Assembly: GCF_046119375.1 (NCBI RefSeq)
Contig: NW_027367813.1
Coordinates: 1-54,665 of the forward strand
Direction: 5' to 3'
DNA: 54,665 nt
From: Phyllobates terribilis
Taxonomy: Eukaryota
Of this stretch, positions 11,068-24,482 are shown piece by piece; the stretch's first letter is position 1, and every line of letters begins with the position of its first letter. Position numbers and translations under genes: made by a program. Below the pieces are notes generated by a model. The model was given only the letters and a program-made list of their open reading frames with translations. It ran no database searches and was not told the origin of the DNA.

Positions 11068-14000
11068 TTAATGAAAGGGGATCAAGCCCAAGTGAAGTAT
11101 GAGTTTGATGAATGGTTCATTGTTCAAGGCCTTGGTGAAAATGTCTGCTATTTGATCCTCAATTCTATAGTGGGTGAGCTCGATGTGCTTCTTCTCCACA
11201 TTATCTCGAAGGAAATGATGACGCATGTCAATGTGCTTGGTTTGAGAGTGGTGTGCAAGATTCTTTGAGATATTGATCGTGCTTGTTTTGTCACACCTTA
11301 TTTCAATTGAGCGCATCAAAATGCCAAAGTCCGTGAGTTGTTACTTGAGCCATAGGAGTTGAGCACAACAAGAAGTTGTTGCTATGTATTCTGCCTCGGT
11401 GGTGGACACAACTACTGAGTTCTGTTTGCGAGAGCCCCATGAAACAAGACAAGGGCCTAGGAATTGTGCCATATCTGAGGTGCTCTTTCGATCAACAAGA
11501 TAACCTGCATAGTCATCATTTGTGTATCCAACAAGGGTGAAATTGCAGTTCTTAGGGTACCATAAACAAAGACTATCAGTCCCTTTTAGGTAACGAAGGA
11601 TACGCTTGATAATGGCAACGTGCGACTCCCTTGGATCGGATTGAAAACGGCCACAAAGACTCACTGCAAATATAATATCAGGCCTAGAGGTTGTTAAGTA
11701 CATTAACAATCCTACCATACCTCTATAGAGTGTTTCATTTCCCTCTAGTCCGTTAAGATCTGCGTCTAGCTTAGTGCCTGTGGACACTGGAGTGTGAAGG
11801 GGCTTGCTATTGTCCATCCCAAACTTCTTTATGATCTCGCTTAGATACTTTTGTTGATGAATTTGAATGCCTTCAGCCTTTTGAACCACTTGCAATCCAA
11901 GAAAGAAGTTGAGCTCTCCTATCATGCTCATGTTGAACTTGCTACTCATCACGTCTTTGAATTTCTCTACAAGTGACATGTTAGTGGAACCAAAAATAAT
12001 GTCATCAACGTATACCTGAACCACTAGGATGTCTCCCTTATGTTCCTACATGAAGAGCATCTTGTTGATTGTTCCCCTTTTGTAGTTGTTGGCGAGGAGG
12101 TACTCGGAGAGGCACTCATACCATGCCCTTGGTGCTTGCTTTAACTCATAGAGGGCCTTGTCCAGGAAATACACGTGCTCTGGGTGAGTCGAGTCCTCAA
12201 AACCTGGAGGCTTCTTCACATACACTTCTTCATTGAGCACACCATTGAGAAAGGTCGCCTTCACATCCATTTGAAACGGCTTGAAGCCCTTGTGCGAAGC
12301 GAAGGCAATAAGAAGTCGAATGGCCTCTAATCTGGAAACTGGAGCATAGGTCTCGTCATAATTGATCCCTTCTTGTTGATTGTATCCATGTGCTACTAAA
12401 CATGATTTGTTCCTTACCACAGCTCCTGAATCATCGAGCTTGTTGTAAAAGACCCAACGAGTGCCTATGATGGTGCGATTGGAGGGCTTAGGAACTAGGC
12501 GCCAGACTTTATTTCGCTCGAACTCATGAAGCTATTCTTGCATGACTGCCACCCAATCTGGATCAAGGATAGCTTCTTTGATGTTCTTAGGCTCAGTGAG
12601 AGAGACAAAAGTGTTGAAGGCGCAAAGGCTGGTTTCCTCAGTTGTTTCATCAAGTGCTTCAGTGATTGACTCCGGAGGTGCTAGTCGAGCTACATGAGAG
12701 CGAGTGTGAATCCCAGAATGGACTGGGGCGAGCATGTTCTCTGGAGGATGAGCACCTTGTTGTTGAAAAGCTCTAGTTGGAGGCTCTGTGTTCTGATCAA
12801 TGTCTGAATTAGAAGGCCCTTCGTTATCACTGTCTGAGTCAGGGCCTGAGAGAACTGAGGCTATATAGGGAAGAGAGAGTGGATGTAAGGCTTTAGAAGG
12901 AGGGGCTCGATCAATACCTGAGGGAGATTCTAAGGGGGCGACTTCTAGGAATGGATCGGAGGTATTTGACGATGAAGGGAGGAACGTGCCTTCATCAAAC
13001 ACTACATGTATGCTCTCCTTGAAGGTTCTTGCTCTTTGGTTGAACACTTTGTACGCTTTGCTTGCTGGGACATAGCAAGAAAGATGGCTTCATCACTTCG
13101 TGCATCGAACTTGCCTAAATTATCTTTCCCATTATTCAGCATGTAGCACTTGCATCCAAATACCCTGAAATGATATATGCTTGGAGGGTATCCCTTGATC
13201 AGCTCGTATGGAGTCTTGCCTAGTGAGGGGCGTAGGAGAGCTTTGTTGGTGATGTAGCATGCAGTGTTCACCGCTTCACCCCATAGAGAGGGAGTGACTC
13301 CACTTTGAAGTAGCATGGTGCGCGCCATCTCTACTAACGTTCGGTTCTTTCTTTCAACCACTCCATTCTGTTGTGGTGTCCCTAGGAGCTGAGAAGTTGT
13401 GAGCAATTCCTCTTTCAGTGCAGTAGCTCAGCAGCTCTCCGTTCTCAAACTTAGTTCCGTGATCTGATCTTATAGAGCACACATTCAGAGATAGAGAATT
13501 CTCGGGTAAAGCGACTAGCTCGATGAAGCACGAGGATGCTTGATCCTTGGAGCGCGGGAATAAGGTCCAAGTGAACCTATAGTAGTCATCAACAATCACA
13601 AAAAATGTAGCGTGCTCCACCAGGACTTTGAACACGCATTGGTCCACAGAGATCCATATGAAGAAGCTCACGGGGCTTCTTTGTTGTGACGCTCTGCTTG
13701 GCTTTGAATGAGGTTCTGACTTGTTTTCCCTTGACACAATTAGCACAGTGTGTCATGTTGTCTATCTTGATAAGAGGTAGACCGTGAACTAGCTCCTTTG
13801 CACGCAGCTTATGTACAAGATGAAGATTGACGTGCCCTAGTCGTTGATGCCATAATTCCGTCTGATCTTCTATAGTAGCGAGACAAAGATGACTCTTTAG
13901 GATGAAGATGGAGTCGAATATATAGGTACTTTTGACTCGATCCCCCCTTAGAATGATTTCCCTAATAGCATTTCTCACAAGGCACTTCGAGGTAGTGAAG

Positions 14001-14299
14001 GTCACTTCGTTTGGTCCCTCATCACAGAGTTGAGCTACGCTTAAGAGGTTGTAGCGAAGGCTCTCCACAAAGTTCAGCATCTGGATCCTCTATCTTGTCA
14101 TTGAGATGTTCCTTTCCGTGTCCAGTGATTCTCTAGCTCTCTTGTCACCAAATGATACACTTCCACCATCATATACTTGAAAACTTCTTAGTCTTTCCTT
14201 GTCTCCAGTCATGTGACATGAGCAACCACTATCTATGTACCACTTGCTCTCGCTGCTCAAGTTTCCCTGTAAATAAGCAATCAAACTTTTGGAACCCAT
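11068..14299 (-). pseudogene. pol: pol (protease, integrase, RT, RNase H) of element B, disrupted
   Basis: KWYIDSGCSCHMTG (PR), LWHQRLGH and LLHMDLCGP (INT), PQQNGVVERKNRTL, FQMDVKATFLNG and QVYVDDIIFGS (RT), HHSQTKHIDMRHHFLRD...QIADIFTKAL (RH); split into ~8 ORFs. Confidence 0.95.
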
Positions 14300-16245
14300 T
14301 GAAGCTCAGCTTTTCTGGGTGGATTAGTTTTCTAATTAGTATGAGGCCAGTCACTAAGATCGAGCCTTTGGCCTTTATATGAAGAGGCAGGCACTACGTA
14401 AGAAGCATCATTCAAGCTACTCACTTCACGTGTAGCGCGAGTGGGTGACTTGTATGCCTTTTTACTTAGCGCTTGCTTCTTCTTGCAAGAGTGTATAGTG
14501 TGACCATTATTACCACAAAACCTACACCATTCATTGCACTTCACATAACCATATTTTTCCTTTCCAGGTCTAAAGGGCTTCATATCCTTAATCTTGGGAT
14601 CTAGTATGTTTGTGGCATTCCCTTGAGCTTGGCTCACATACATCTTATGAGCTTTTTCCCCATGAAACCAGTGATTTTCATCCCCTAATGGTTGTTCAAG
14701 TGCCTTAACCTTTTCTCTAAAATTCTTTCTTTCTTCTACAGATTTGAAGGGCTTTGTCTAAGGTCTCAACTTTTTCATTTAATTCTCTGGTGAGCTTTTC
14801 ATTAGCACTCGAGCACTTGGAGGAATCTAAGTCGTATCATAGTCCAGGTCTAGCTTTTGCAAAGACAGTTTGGTTCACCGTTTTCTCATTAATGGATTTA
14901 GTTAATTCAGTGATCTTCGTATGAATTATCCCTAAGTCACTTTCCACCTTGAGTTCTAAGTCCTTTAATGATCCCCTTTGAGGTTGCTTACCCTTGAAGC
15001 CCTCTCAGGATTTCATCATCAGACTCAGTTCCCTAGATTTTACTAAAGCCTTTTCTTTGTCAGCTAACCTAGTGCACAAGTCTAGACATTCACTACGTAG
15101 TTCAGTAACTTCCTCTTCATATTCAGTGATTTGGGATTCTAAAGCTTCAGTATCTTCTAGTAGCCCCTTAATCATATTAATAAGGTCTTTCTGTTCAAGC
15201 ATGTTTAAGCGATTAGGAAAGGAATCAGGAGTTTTTACCTCAGAAGTAAGTGCTTCTGCATTGGCCATGAGACATTTGCCTTGGAATCCTTCGTGAAGGT
15301 CAGCTTCATCATCTTCTTCTCCCCATGCTAAGGGAAGTGCCTTCTTCTCGGTAGCCTCTACCTTTGGGTTGGCGCACGTCTTGGCAAGATGTCCCTTCTC
15401 CTGGAAGTTATAGCATGTATACTCCTTGAGATCACACTTAGCCGATGATGATGCTTCTCCTGGTCCAGCTCTCTTCTTGAACCACTTCTTAACCATCTTG
15501 GTCATGAGAGCGACTTCTATATCATCGTCCTCATCTTCTTCACCATTGTTGATGTCCATCTACTCAAGCATCTTTGTGAGCTTCAGCATTGTTCCAGTGT
15601 CTTCCTTTACTTATCCCTTTAGCAAATCAGCGTTCTCTTGGTCGAAGAACTTACCAAATATGTCTACTACTGGAAGCTTCTTGCAGTCTGGAGACATGAG
15701 TGCGATTCGTCGAGTGAGCTCGAATTTATTGCTCATAGCGTAGATGACAACTATTGTATGCTCTGAGGCAGGAATGGTTACACCAGAGGCCGTTAATTTG
15801 TTGGTCAGTATAGTGAAGCGTGATTGGCAGACTGACACGCTTTTCCTAGGGAGTTATTTGAAGGACTGAAACTCCCTTTGAAACGTGAAATTTCCGGTAT
15901 CCTTCTAATCTTCTCTCCCTCTGTGTATGGAGATGATAGCTTCCCACATGTCTTTGGTCGTTTGTATGCCAATGACCTTGTCAATGTCCGTGTGAGAGAG
16001 TCCACACAGAATCAGTTGTCGATCTTTTGAACTCTTCTCCATCTTGGCATAGTGCTCTGGTTGCCAATCCTTTCTCTCCTTTAGCTCTGGAAGCACTTTG
16101 TCTCCAAGCTCTATGATTTTCCAGCATTGGTAGTCTTGGGTTTGAATAAACGTCGTGTGAACTCCCATCCACCAATCAAGTTCTCCTTCTCAAAGTGGTG
16201 AGGTTTGTTGAGGGACATGCCGAGGTAGAACTCTGAGTTCTTCAT
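14281..16245 (-). pseudogene. gag: gag of element B, disrupted
   Basis: ATG ~23 bp after the PBS (MKNSEFYLGMSLNKP), QDYQCWKIIELG, knuckles CYNFQEKGHLAKTC (degenerate) and CRFCGNNGHTIHSC, ending LQWVPKV* at 14281. Confidence 0.88.
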
Positions 16246-16267
16246 TGTCGTATTGGAATGGGATCCT

Positions 16268-16279
16268 GCTCTGATATCA
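16268..16279 (-). promoter_or_regulatory. Primer binding site (tRNA-iMet type), element B
   Basis: Minus strand TGATATCAGAGC, one mismatch to TGGTATCAGAGC, 2 nt from the 5' LTR. Confidence 0.85.
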
Positions 16280-16281
16280 AT

Positions 16282-17077
16282 TGTGGATTGTGAAGATCTT
16301 AGTCTAACTAAAGATTGAACTTTTGTGTGGAAATACAAGACTAAGAACAAACAAACAATTTAATTCCAAAACGTTGGTGATTTGATTTCTTGTGAGACTT
16401 ACAACTACTAGGCGAACACACAGTTCTTAGTTTCTCTAAACTCTCCTAGCTATTGCCTAAGCTCTAAATCAAGATGAAGTCTTTCTCTCTATTTCAACAA
16501 ACCCCCGATTTAAATATAAATGAACTAAGTTGTTTATACTGTGGCATAATCACCGGGAACTAATTACCTACAAGCAAGTAAATAATAATAAATAAACTAC
16601 TAAATCTAAACTAGCCGAATATAATGACAAACTAGCTTCAACTGTTAAGATCTCGAATCTGGTAAATCTGTGGCGAATCAAGTCTTTCCTTCTTTAGCTC
16701 TTTGGAAGATTTATTTCCATATATACGCGCTCGGTCCCCTTGAGTGTCTTCAGTCCCCTTGAGCGCGTCCTCCTTGTATAGCGTGTTACTTGTGCAGCTC
16801 GATCCTTCACTCTTATTGTTCGGTCCCCTCCAGCATCACTCGTTTCCCTTGCTCCTAGTTAAGCGCCTTGAGCACTATTCTTCTCGCTGGAATCACTATT
16901 GTACCCCACTTCAGCTCGTTGTTTTCCACGCTTAAACCTCCTAAATAACTCAAAGGCCTATCGATTTCCTACGATATCTCACTCAATACACATATTAGTT
17001 CATAAGGCAGTTTGTTATCATTAAAACTAAGGCATTATCAGTTACAAGAACTAAGGGGCTAGTTCATATAACTAACA
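16282..17077 (-). repeat. 5' LTR of element B
   Basis: tgtggattgtg...ataactaaca, ~796 bp, follows the PBS and precedes the TSD. Confidence 0.93.
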
Positions 17078-17082
17078 ATAAT

Positions 17083-18452
17083 GTTACACTTGCTCTAAAT
17101 CCAACACACAAAAGCTAGTAAGCTAGTGTACAAGGACCATATTCAACAAGCGAGTATATATAAGAATGAATCGTTGTTGAACACTTAATAGAGTATCTTT
17201 GATCGACGAGCTTTATAGAAGAGTAGCTCGATAGACTAGTTTAAGTGTTTTTAAGATGCGGAAATCGAAAAACACAGAAAGCGGGTTTAAGTCCCTTTGT
17301 AAACACAACAAGCGAGTAGCTAGTGTGTTTATTTGTAGAGGTTAGAGACTTAGCCACAATAATAACTTTAGATTGTTAGATTTAAAGTTCAGCTCAATAT
17401 GCACAGAGATTTGGTAAGGTGAGAACCCTTGGCTTAACTCAAGCCCAGGATGAAACTCACCACTACATTGATTATATCAAATGAAGATTACAGAAACTCG
17501 CACTCTCCACTCAATACAATCACGTTCAACTCAAATACAAGTCTGCTACTCTCAAGGTATTGTTGACTCACTTGATCCCTCTGAGATCACTAGCTTTTCA
17601 CCCTAAACACTCAATCGTACTCACCTCCAAGCTTTCTAGTCCTGTTGTGATCTTCCCTGACCACTCAACTATACTAACTCCCAGGGTTTCAGATCCTGTT
17701 GTGTTTTTCTCTTGAGATAGCTTCTCCTAAGCTCACTAGGTTGTTTCTCACTCAATGAGCTTCTCAAGCTTGTGCATTAACAAATACCTATCGCACCTAT
17801 ATATAGAACTTCCTAACTTATTCCCCAAGAAAGAAATTATATTACACATTGCAACAAAGCTCAATCTGTGTGTCGGTCCACCAAGGAGCACCATAAATTC
17901 CACATGCTTCCACTTTTGTTGAGAAACAAACTTGTAACAAACTTGTCCATGCTGGCAATCCATCCCACACCACTCGCAAGCCTTTAATTCGTCCAGCTTG
18001 GCGATCCTCGTCCATCTCTATCCATCGGTAAAAACACATTCTTCCCCGTCCTTAGCTTCTTGACATTCCCATTAGCTGCACATGAATACCCTACACGATG
18101 GTGCATGGATTCCACCTGGGACCTCGCTTGTTTCACTTGTGTTGAAGCAAAGGATTCACTAGCTCGCAGCGACTCTCCATGCACTACGCTAGTCCTTCGC
18201 CTTCAACGCACTTCACTCTACTTCACTTCAGATTTGATTTAGTTTCTTCAGTTTTGGTTGAGATTGCCTTTGCTATATTCTCTATCTTTGCAAGGCTCAA
18301 AGCTAGTCTCTAGCTTGTTCGCTTGGTCAAAGCGACTCTCTTGGATTCTTAAGCTATTCCTGTAATGCTTAGAAAATACAAGATATATCAAATGTAGTGT
18401 TTATCATTATCAAAACAAAAGAGCGATTAGTCTGAGCAAGCTCAAACTAACA
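17083..18452 (-). repeat. 3' LTR of element A (main part, after the B insertion)
   Basis: Continues seamlessly from 7236-7297 when compared with the intact copy (ctagatatgataat|gttacac at ~22041-22061); followed by PPT atttccccccttttg. Confidence 0.9.
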
Positions 18453-19784
18453 ATTTCCCCCCTTTTGATGATGACAAACACCTAAACAGTGTAAGCACGT
18501 CTATTTCAAAACGTACTCAGTTAAGGTATAAGATATAAAATGAATCTTAAACTGGTAGTAGACAGATTGACCAAATCTGCTCAAAATCATGCTAAAGGCA
18601 CTTAGCAAGTGTACCTTTATTCCCCCTTAGATCAAGCTGGTCTAAATTCTGCCCAATTTCGACAACGAAAAGATTATTCTACCTCAATCCTTCATCTGCC
18701 CAAACCGTTTTTCTTCCCACTTTTGGCATCATCAAAAAGGCATATATATTTCATCAAAGGGAACTAAAAGTAAGGTACACAGTCACACTTAACTCAGATA
18801 ACAAGCATAATCTTGTAAAGATCATGTAAGCGAGACAGTAACCATGAAGCATTCAAGTCGCTATAATCAATCTGAGGCATACAATGAATATGTATAAAAA
18901 TCTCATGATTTTTGTAGATGGAACCCTAGCGAGTCTATAACATAGTCACACAAAGAGAATTCAGAAAGAAAGTAGGAGTATCAACTCAAATCGCCTTCTT
19001 CTCATAATGTTCACCAACTTTTACCAATAGACTTGATTTCTTCTTGGAGTGTCTTCGCTTGTCTCAGTGCCAAAGGATAAAGAGTGGATTGGAACTGGTC
19101 TCGAGCTAATATACTTAAAGCGAGACTGGACAAGATATCGATGTAGTGTGTAGACTTCATATTTTACCTCGCTTGATTAGCACTTTAGTTAGATAGTTGT
19201 GCTGGGTTTCGAGGTGGTCATTCTTCACTCGCTTTGAACAATTGGCGCTTAGTTACTTATACTGGAAGAAGTTTGATCATGCTTGAGATGTGATACAATC
19301 GCTTAGCATGAACTTCAAAGCGTAATAATGAGGGGATATAATGAACATATAAGGGGGGGTCACTCACACTCAAATATAGCATGTAATAAGCATGTGCATA
19401 TATGGGATACTGGCTTTTTGTCACAATAATGTATACTTTCTATGTGGAGTTATATCAAGGGAATCAGGAAGCAAACATTAAAGTCAGGCTTAGAGACACT
19501 TAGAAGTGGATCATTTCTTAGGCATGTAATAGGCAAGAAGACGATCACCACTTTCATGAGAGGTAAAGAAGAGCATGCAATGATACAGAAGATAGCATGT
19601 TTGCATCAATATACTCATCAATCTAGTCATTTCTTGTTTAGATATAGCAAGTTAACAAGAAAAGATCATGAAAGCTTACCTCATCCTAAGTTCCCAAAGA
19701 TAAAATAAATTGCTTAAACATAGCCAGTAGAAAGGAACTTACAGTGAGTGGATGAATGGTCTAGTTGATAGGAATTAAGCCCAA

Positions 19785-19960
19785 CTAAAGCCTTAGATTT
19801 AATAAAGGTACCCAATTTAGTGCTTTAGTAAAGATGTCAGCGATTTGACTCTCTGTTGGTATATGAGTAAGCTTCACCTTCTTATGCTCAACGTGGTCTC
19901 GTAGAATATGATGGAGAACATCTATGTGCTTGGAGTGAGAGTGATAAATCGGATTTTCTT
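19785..19960 (-). pseudogene. pol: RNase H C-terminal remnant of element A
   Basis: NPIYHSHSKHIDVLHHILRDHVEHKKVKLTHIPTESQIADIFTKAL, the only clearly recognisable pol piece in A. Confidence 0.8.
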
Positions 19961-20423
19961 GTTCTTCTAATATGGGGAACTTACAGTGCATCACTTGTTC
20001 TTCTAATATGGTAAGAATGAAAACCGAATAGGCTAAAGGCTTATAAAGATATCCAAGTAAAGTGCCTTTAGTGAGATTAATTGAAGCTTTGGCTCTTCTG
20101 GAAGTATTAGTCATAGTTCAACGAGTTAAGTAATAGAGTCGCTTGAATCTTCAAAGACTCGCTTGAACTATCTGAGTCTCGCTTTGAGCAAATAGATATA
20201 GCTTTATGACCAAGTGAGACTCGCTATGCCAAAGGCTAATACTTTACCACATAATATAAATCTCATGTATGATAAGAGTGAGAGAGATGTTGAATAGAAC
20301 ACGCTTGATTATGTCAATTTAGCACTGAAGGAGATAGCAAAACTCCTTTGCTTAATAAGGATGAGAGTAGCTTTTAGATAATCCATTTGCCTTATACTTT
20401 ACACCCTTTCCTGCAAAATCAAA

Positions 20424-21928
20424 TCAAGCAGTGTGTTCCCAACAAAGTATTGACTTCGTAGGAACGTTAGAGCTAGCGATTCCATAACTGGAAGGTAGAA
20501 CTTTCATCTTCATAGTTCTAGGAACTCGCTCTAAATAGTCATCATCACAAAGACATGGCACAAGATGAGGTTTACCTATGAGAGGTAACACTCGATGTGC
20601 TCCTACTTGTTTGTATTTGGCTTGTAAGGGCTTCGTATATACAGATACAGTCTTAGATGACTCGCTCGAAGCAAGCTTGTCTATCTCAAGACTTGCTTGA
20701 ATGAGCGTATCCTCAGATATACTCATAACTGACTTAGAGGAAATAGAATCACTCAAATCAAGCTTGTCCTCAGATTGAATCGCTTGATTGAGTACACTCA
20801 TAGATATGGAAAGAGGGGGTGTAAGGAAGATGTCAAGTATAGGTTTTGGTTCAAGAACACTTACCTCAACTTCAGGTATAGGGGTTGGCACTGGAATAGG
20901 TTGAGCGACTATGAAGCAATTCTCAGGATCTTCACCATCGTCGGCTTCATCAACAGAATCGCCCCATAGAGTGACAAAGGCCTTCCTAGGAGGTGTTCCA
21001 GATCCACCTTCTTCTTCATTTGGTCTACCTTTTCACTTGGACAATCTCTAGAAAGATGTCCTCTACTTGAGCATTTGTAGCATGTAATGTTATTGAAGTT
21101 GAATGGCTTGTTGTCCTTTGGATCTCTGTCCTTGGTGGTGATGCCAAACTTCTTCTTGAATAACCTCTTGACCAGCTTAGTCATCATCACTACTTCCTGG
21201 TCTTCTTCATTTTCGGACTCATCATTATCCTTGACCTTTTGAAGTACGCGAGTGAGCTTGAGAGTGAATCATTGGATTTCTCTTGATGCTATTGACTCCT
21301 TTTGATCTTCAGCTTCCTGCACTCTTAATTTATTAGCAAGTACATATACAGGCAAACCTTTCGTTTCTTTGGTCATTAGCATTATTTGTTTAGTTGTGTC
21401 GAACTTAGACTTAACACCATGGATAAAAGCGAGGACGAGTTCCCATGATTCTACCTTGAGTCATGCGGAGGAAATCTTGTCACATAATACCTGGAATCTG
21501 GAATGGTAATCTGAGATAGACTCGATTTCTCCCATTTTAAACGAATGAAAGTCCCTTTGGAGCTCGAATCGATGGTTGTTCTTCATATCCTCATTGTCGC
21601 TGTGCATATATATGATAGCATTCCACATGAGCTTGGCAGTGGATAGAGACATGATTTTGTCGACGTCCTTGCGTGAGAGAGCATTGAGGATGAGTTACTT
21701 CGCCTTGGCATTCTTCTCTAGCGTAGCATACTCAATTCCCCATTTGTATGTGTTGGTTTCTTCTTTGAGAGTTTCTTCACCTTTTTCACTAATTCTCCAA
21801 CATTGATAGTCAGTTTGTTGGATATAGTTATTAGTCGTCATGAGACACTATTCTAGGTCACCCTCAGCTAATATATGGGGCTTAGCCAAAGAGATCCCTA
21901 GGTTAAAAGAATTTTTTTCGTTGCCCAT
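20424..21928 (-). pseudogene. gag: gag of element A, disrupted
   Basis: MGNEKNSFNLGISLAKP..., AKLMWNAI...FKMGEIESISDYHSRF, knuckle CYKCSSRGHLSRDC, ending LCWEHTA*; several stops. Confidence 0.85.
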
Positions 21929-21977
21929 GATTCAGACTAGAGAGTAGGAATCAAATATGTGCAAGATTGAGCAACCT

Positions 21978-21991
21978 GAGCTCTTATACCA
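21978..21991 (-). promoter_or_regulatory. Primer binding site (tRNA-iMet type), element A
   Basis: Minus strand TGGTATAAGAGCTC, 2 nt from the LTR. Confidence 0.85.
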
Positions 21992-21993
21992 AT

Positions 21994-23441
21994 TGTGGGT
22001 TTATAGACAAGTGAGGACCGAGTATGATAAAGCGAGTGAACTAGATATGATAATGTTACACCTACTCAAAATCCAATGCACAAAAGCTAGTAAGCTAGTG
22101 TACAAGGACTGTATTCAACAAGCGAGTATATATAAGAATGAATCGATGTGAACACTTAATAGAGTAGCTTTGGTCGACTGGCTCTTTATAGAAGAGTAGC
22201 TCGATAGACTAGCTTAAGTGTTTTTAAGATGTGGAAATGAAAAAACACAGAAAGCAAGTCTAAGTCTCCTTGTAAACACAACAAGCGAGTAGCTAATGTG
22301 TTTATATGTAGAGGTTAGAGACTTAGCCACAATAGGAAATTTAGATTGTTAGATTTAAAGTTCAGCTCAATATGCACAAAGATTTGGTAGGTGAGAACCC
22401 TTGGCTTAGTTCAAGCCCGGAATGAAACTCACCACTATATTGATTATATCAAATGAAGATTATAGAAACTCGCACTCTCCACTCAATACAATCACGTTCA
22501 GCTCAAATACAAGTCTGCTACTCTCAAGGTATTATTGACTCACTTGATCCCTCTGAGATCACTAGCTTTTCACCCTAAACACTCAATCGTACTCACCTCT
22601 CAGCTTTCTAGTCCTGTTGTGATCTTCCCTAACCACTCAACTATACTAACTCCCAGGATTTCATATCCTGTTGTGTTTCTCTCTTGAGCTAGCTTCTCCT
22701 AAGGTCACTAGGTTGTTTCTCACTCTATGAGGTTCTCAAGCTCGTGCATTAGCAAATACCTATCGCACCTATATATAGAACTTCCTAACTTGTTCCACAA
22801 GAAAGGAATTCTATTACACATTGCAACAAAGCTCCACGCTGGCAATCAGTGCATTGGTCCACCAAGGAGCACTACAAATTCCACACGCTTCCACTTTTCT
22901 TAAGCAACAAATTTGTAACAAACTTGTCCATGCTGGAAATCCATCCCACACCACTCTCAAGCCTTTTATTCGTCCAGCCTGGTGATCCTCTTCCCTCTCT
23001 ATCCATGGTAAGAAACACATTCTTCCCCATCCTTAGCTTCTCGACATTCCCATTAGTTGCGCCCGAATACCCTACTCGATGGTGCATGATTCCAACTGGG
23101 GCCTCACTTGTTTCACTTGTTGAAGCAAAGGATTCACTAGCCCACATCGACTCTCCATGCGCTATGCTAGTCCTTTGCCTTCAACGCACTTCACTCTACT
23201 TCACTCTACTTCACTTTAGAGTTGATTTAGTTTCTTCAGTTTTGGTTGAGACTGCCTTTGCTATATTCTCTATCTTCACAAGGATCAAATCTAGTCTCTA
23301 GCTTGTTCACTTAGTCAAAGCAACTCTCTTGGATTCTTAAGCTGTTCTTGTAATGCTTAGAAAGCACAAGATAGATCAAATGTACTGTTTATCATCATCA
23401 AAACAAAAGGAGCGATTAGTTTGAGCAAGCTCAAACTAACA
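21994..23441 (-). repeat. 5' LTR of element A
   Basis: tgtgggtttatagac...ctcaaactaaca, 1448 bp; palindromic cctatatatag TATA at ~22768. Confidence 0.9.
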
Positions 23442-23559
23442 ATACCATCGACGATACATTGCTCAAAGATTTATAAAAACAAGCAAGCTTGCTAAGTCCG
23501 TTCCAGCTTACATGCGAGTTGTAAATTTATCAAATGTCTACTTTGGTGCTTGAGCTAAT

Positions 23560-24482
23560 GTGTGCAGATAGAAGAAGTTAATGATCCTATAAACAATTAT
23601 TTATATTATGCACCAAGGAGTACACAGAGACATCGACACCTTTGAGAATCTTCATGTTTCTGGTCTTCCAAAGGAAATAGACGGTTGTTGCTAATGCATT
23701 GTGCTTGCCTCTCTTCTTGTGTTTGATGATACTTTTGTGTTGCTTCAGCCAAGTGAGAGATTCATTAATGCACATGATGGAAGTGGGCATACTAATCCAA
23801 CCATTGAACATTATTCTGGACTTCCTTAGTGAACTTACAATCAAAGAATAGGTGTGCACTTGTTTCCATCCCACCCTCGCATTGGATGCAAAAAGGGTCA
23901 GGTGAAGCAAGTGAAGCCTATCTTTAGTGGGCGGAGCAACCCTGGCCTCCAACCATATGATGAAGGCATGCTAGAGTCCTAAACAATTTTGCTCCAATGG
24001 ACTAGAGGCTTGGAGACCCTAAAGATATCATAGGCATCTCTTACATGGATCTCTTGGCTATCAATAAAGGAGAGTTTGGATAAGTGGAGAGCTCCTTGCA
24101 TGAGCTTTCCAATGCCAAATATAACAATCTATAAGAAACCCATGGTGAAGCCATCTGGTCTCTTCTTGCAGTGAATGTCCTATATTGTCGTAGACATGTG
24201 GGCCAAGTGTCATTGCATCAAGTTCTTTAGTACCATACCTCCTTCCTCCTTGGGAACACATACATGATCCCAAACCACTTTGGCCGAGATCCAAAGAAAC
24301 TTGCAGTAAATTTGTGTAACAGTGGTGATAAAATTGGCTTAGATGGGAACCAAGGAAAGCCACAAACCCAACGTTCCTTGAAAGTATGACCTGATGAGTT
24401 CTACATCTTCTTTGTGGGGACCCATCTTTGTAAGAAAGGTGAAGCAATAGGAACATAACAACGACACATCCAAATACTTTTA
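23560..24482 (-). mobile_element. Degenerate L1-type LINE, 3' end of ORF2
   Basis: Manual translation: KYLDVSL (cf. KYLGVPL), ELIRSYFQGTLGLWLS, KFLW...VVWDHVCVPKEEGGM, and LATTVYFLWKTRNMKIL at the C-terminus; stops and frameshifts. Confidence 0.8.

Larger units (their letters stand above)
7298..17077 (-). mobile_element. Element B: full-length, mutated Sirevirus-type Ty1/copia retrotransposon with env-like ORF
   Basis: LTRs 7298-8091 and 16282-17077; perfect TSD ataat (7293-7297, 17078-17082); PBS, gag, PR-INT-RT-RH in copia order, extra ORF and multiple PPTs. Confidence 0.95.
7236..23441 (-). mobile_element. Element A: non-autonomous gag-only Sirevirus-type LTR element, 3' LTR split by element B
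   Basis: 5' LTR 21994-23441; 3' LTR 7236-7297 plus 17083-18452; PBS 21978-21991; PPT 18453-18466; flanks atgcc (7231-7235) and atacc (23442-23446) form a 5-bp TSD with one mismatch. Confidence 0.88.

Noticed and set aside
22849-23301. 150-aa ORF and other short ORFs inside LTRs (e.g. 5205-5474, 7718-7927, 16744-16935, 24612-24809)
   Set aside because: They lie in LTRs, frames are not preserved between LTR copies, and they show no protein motifs.
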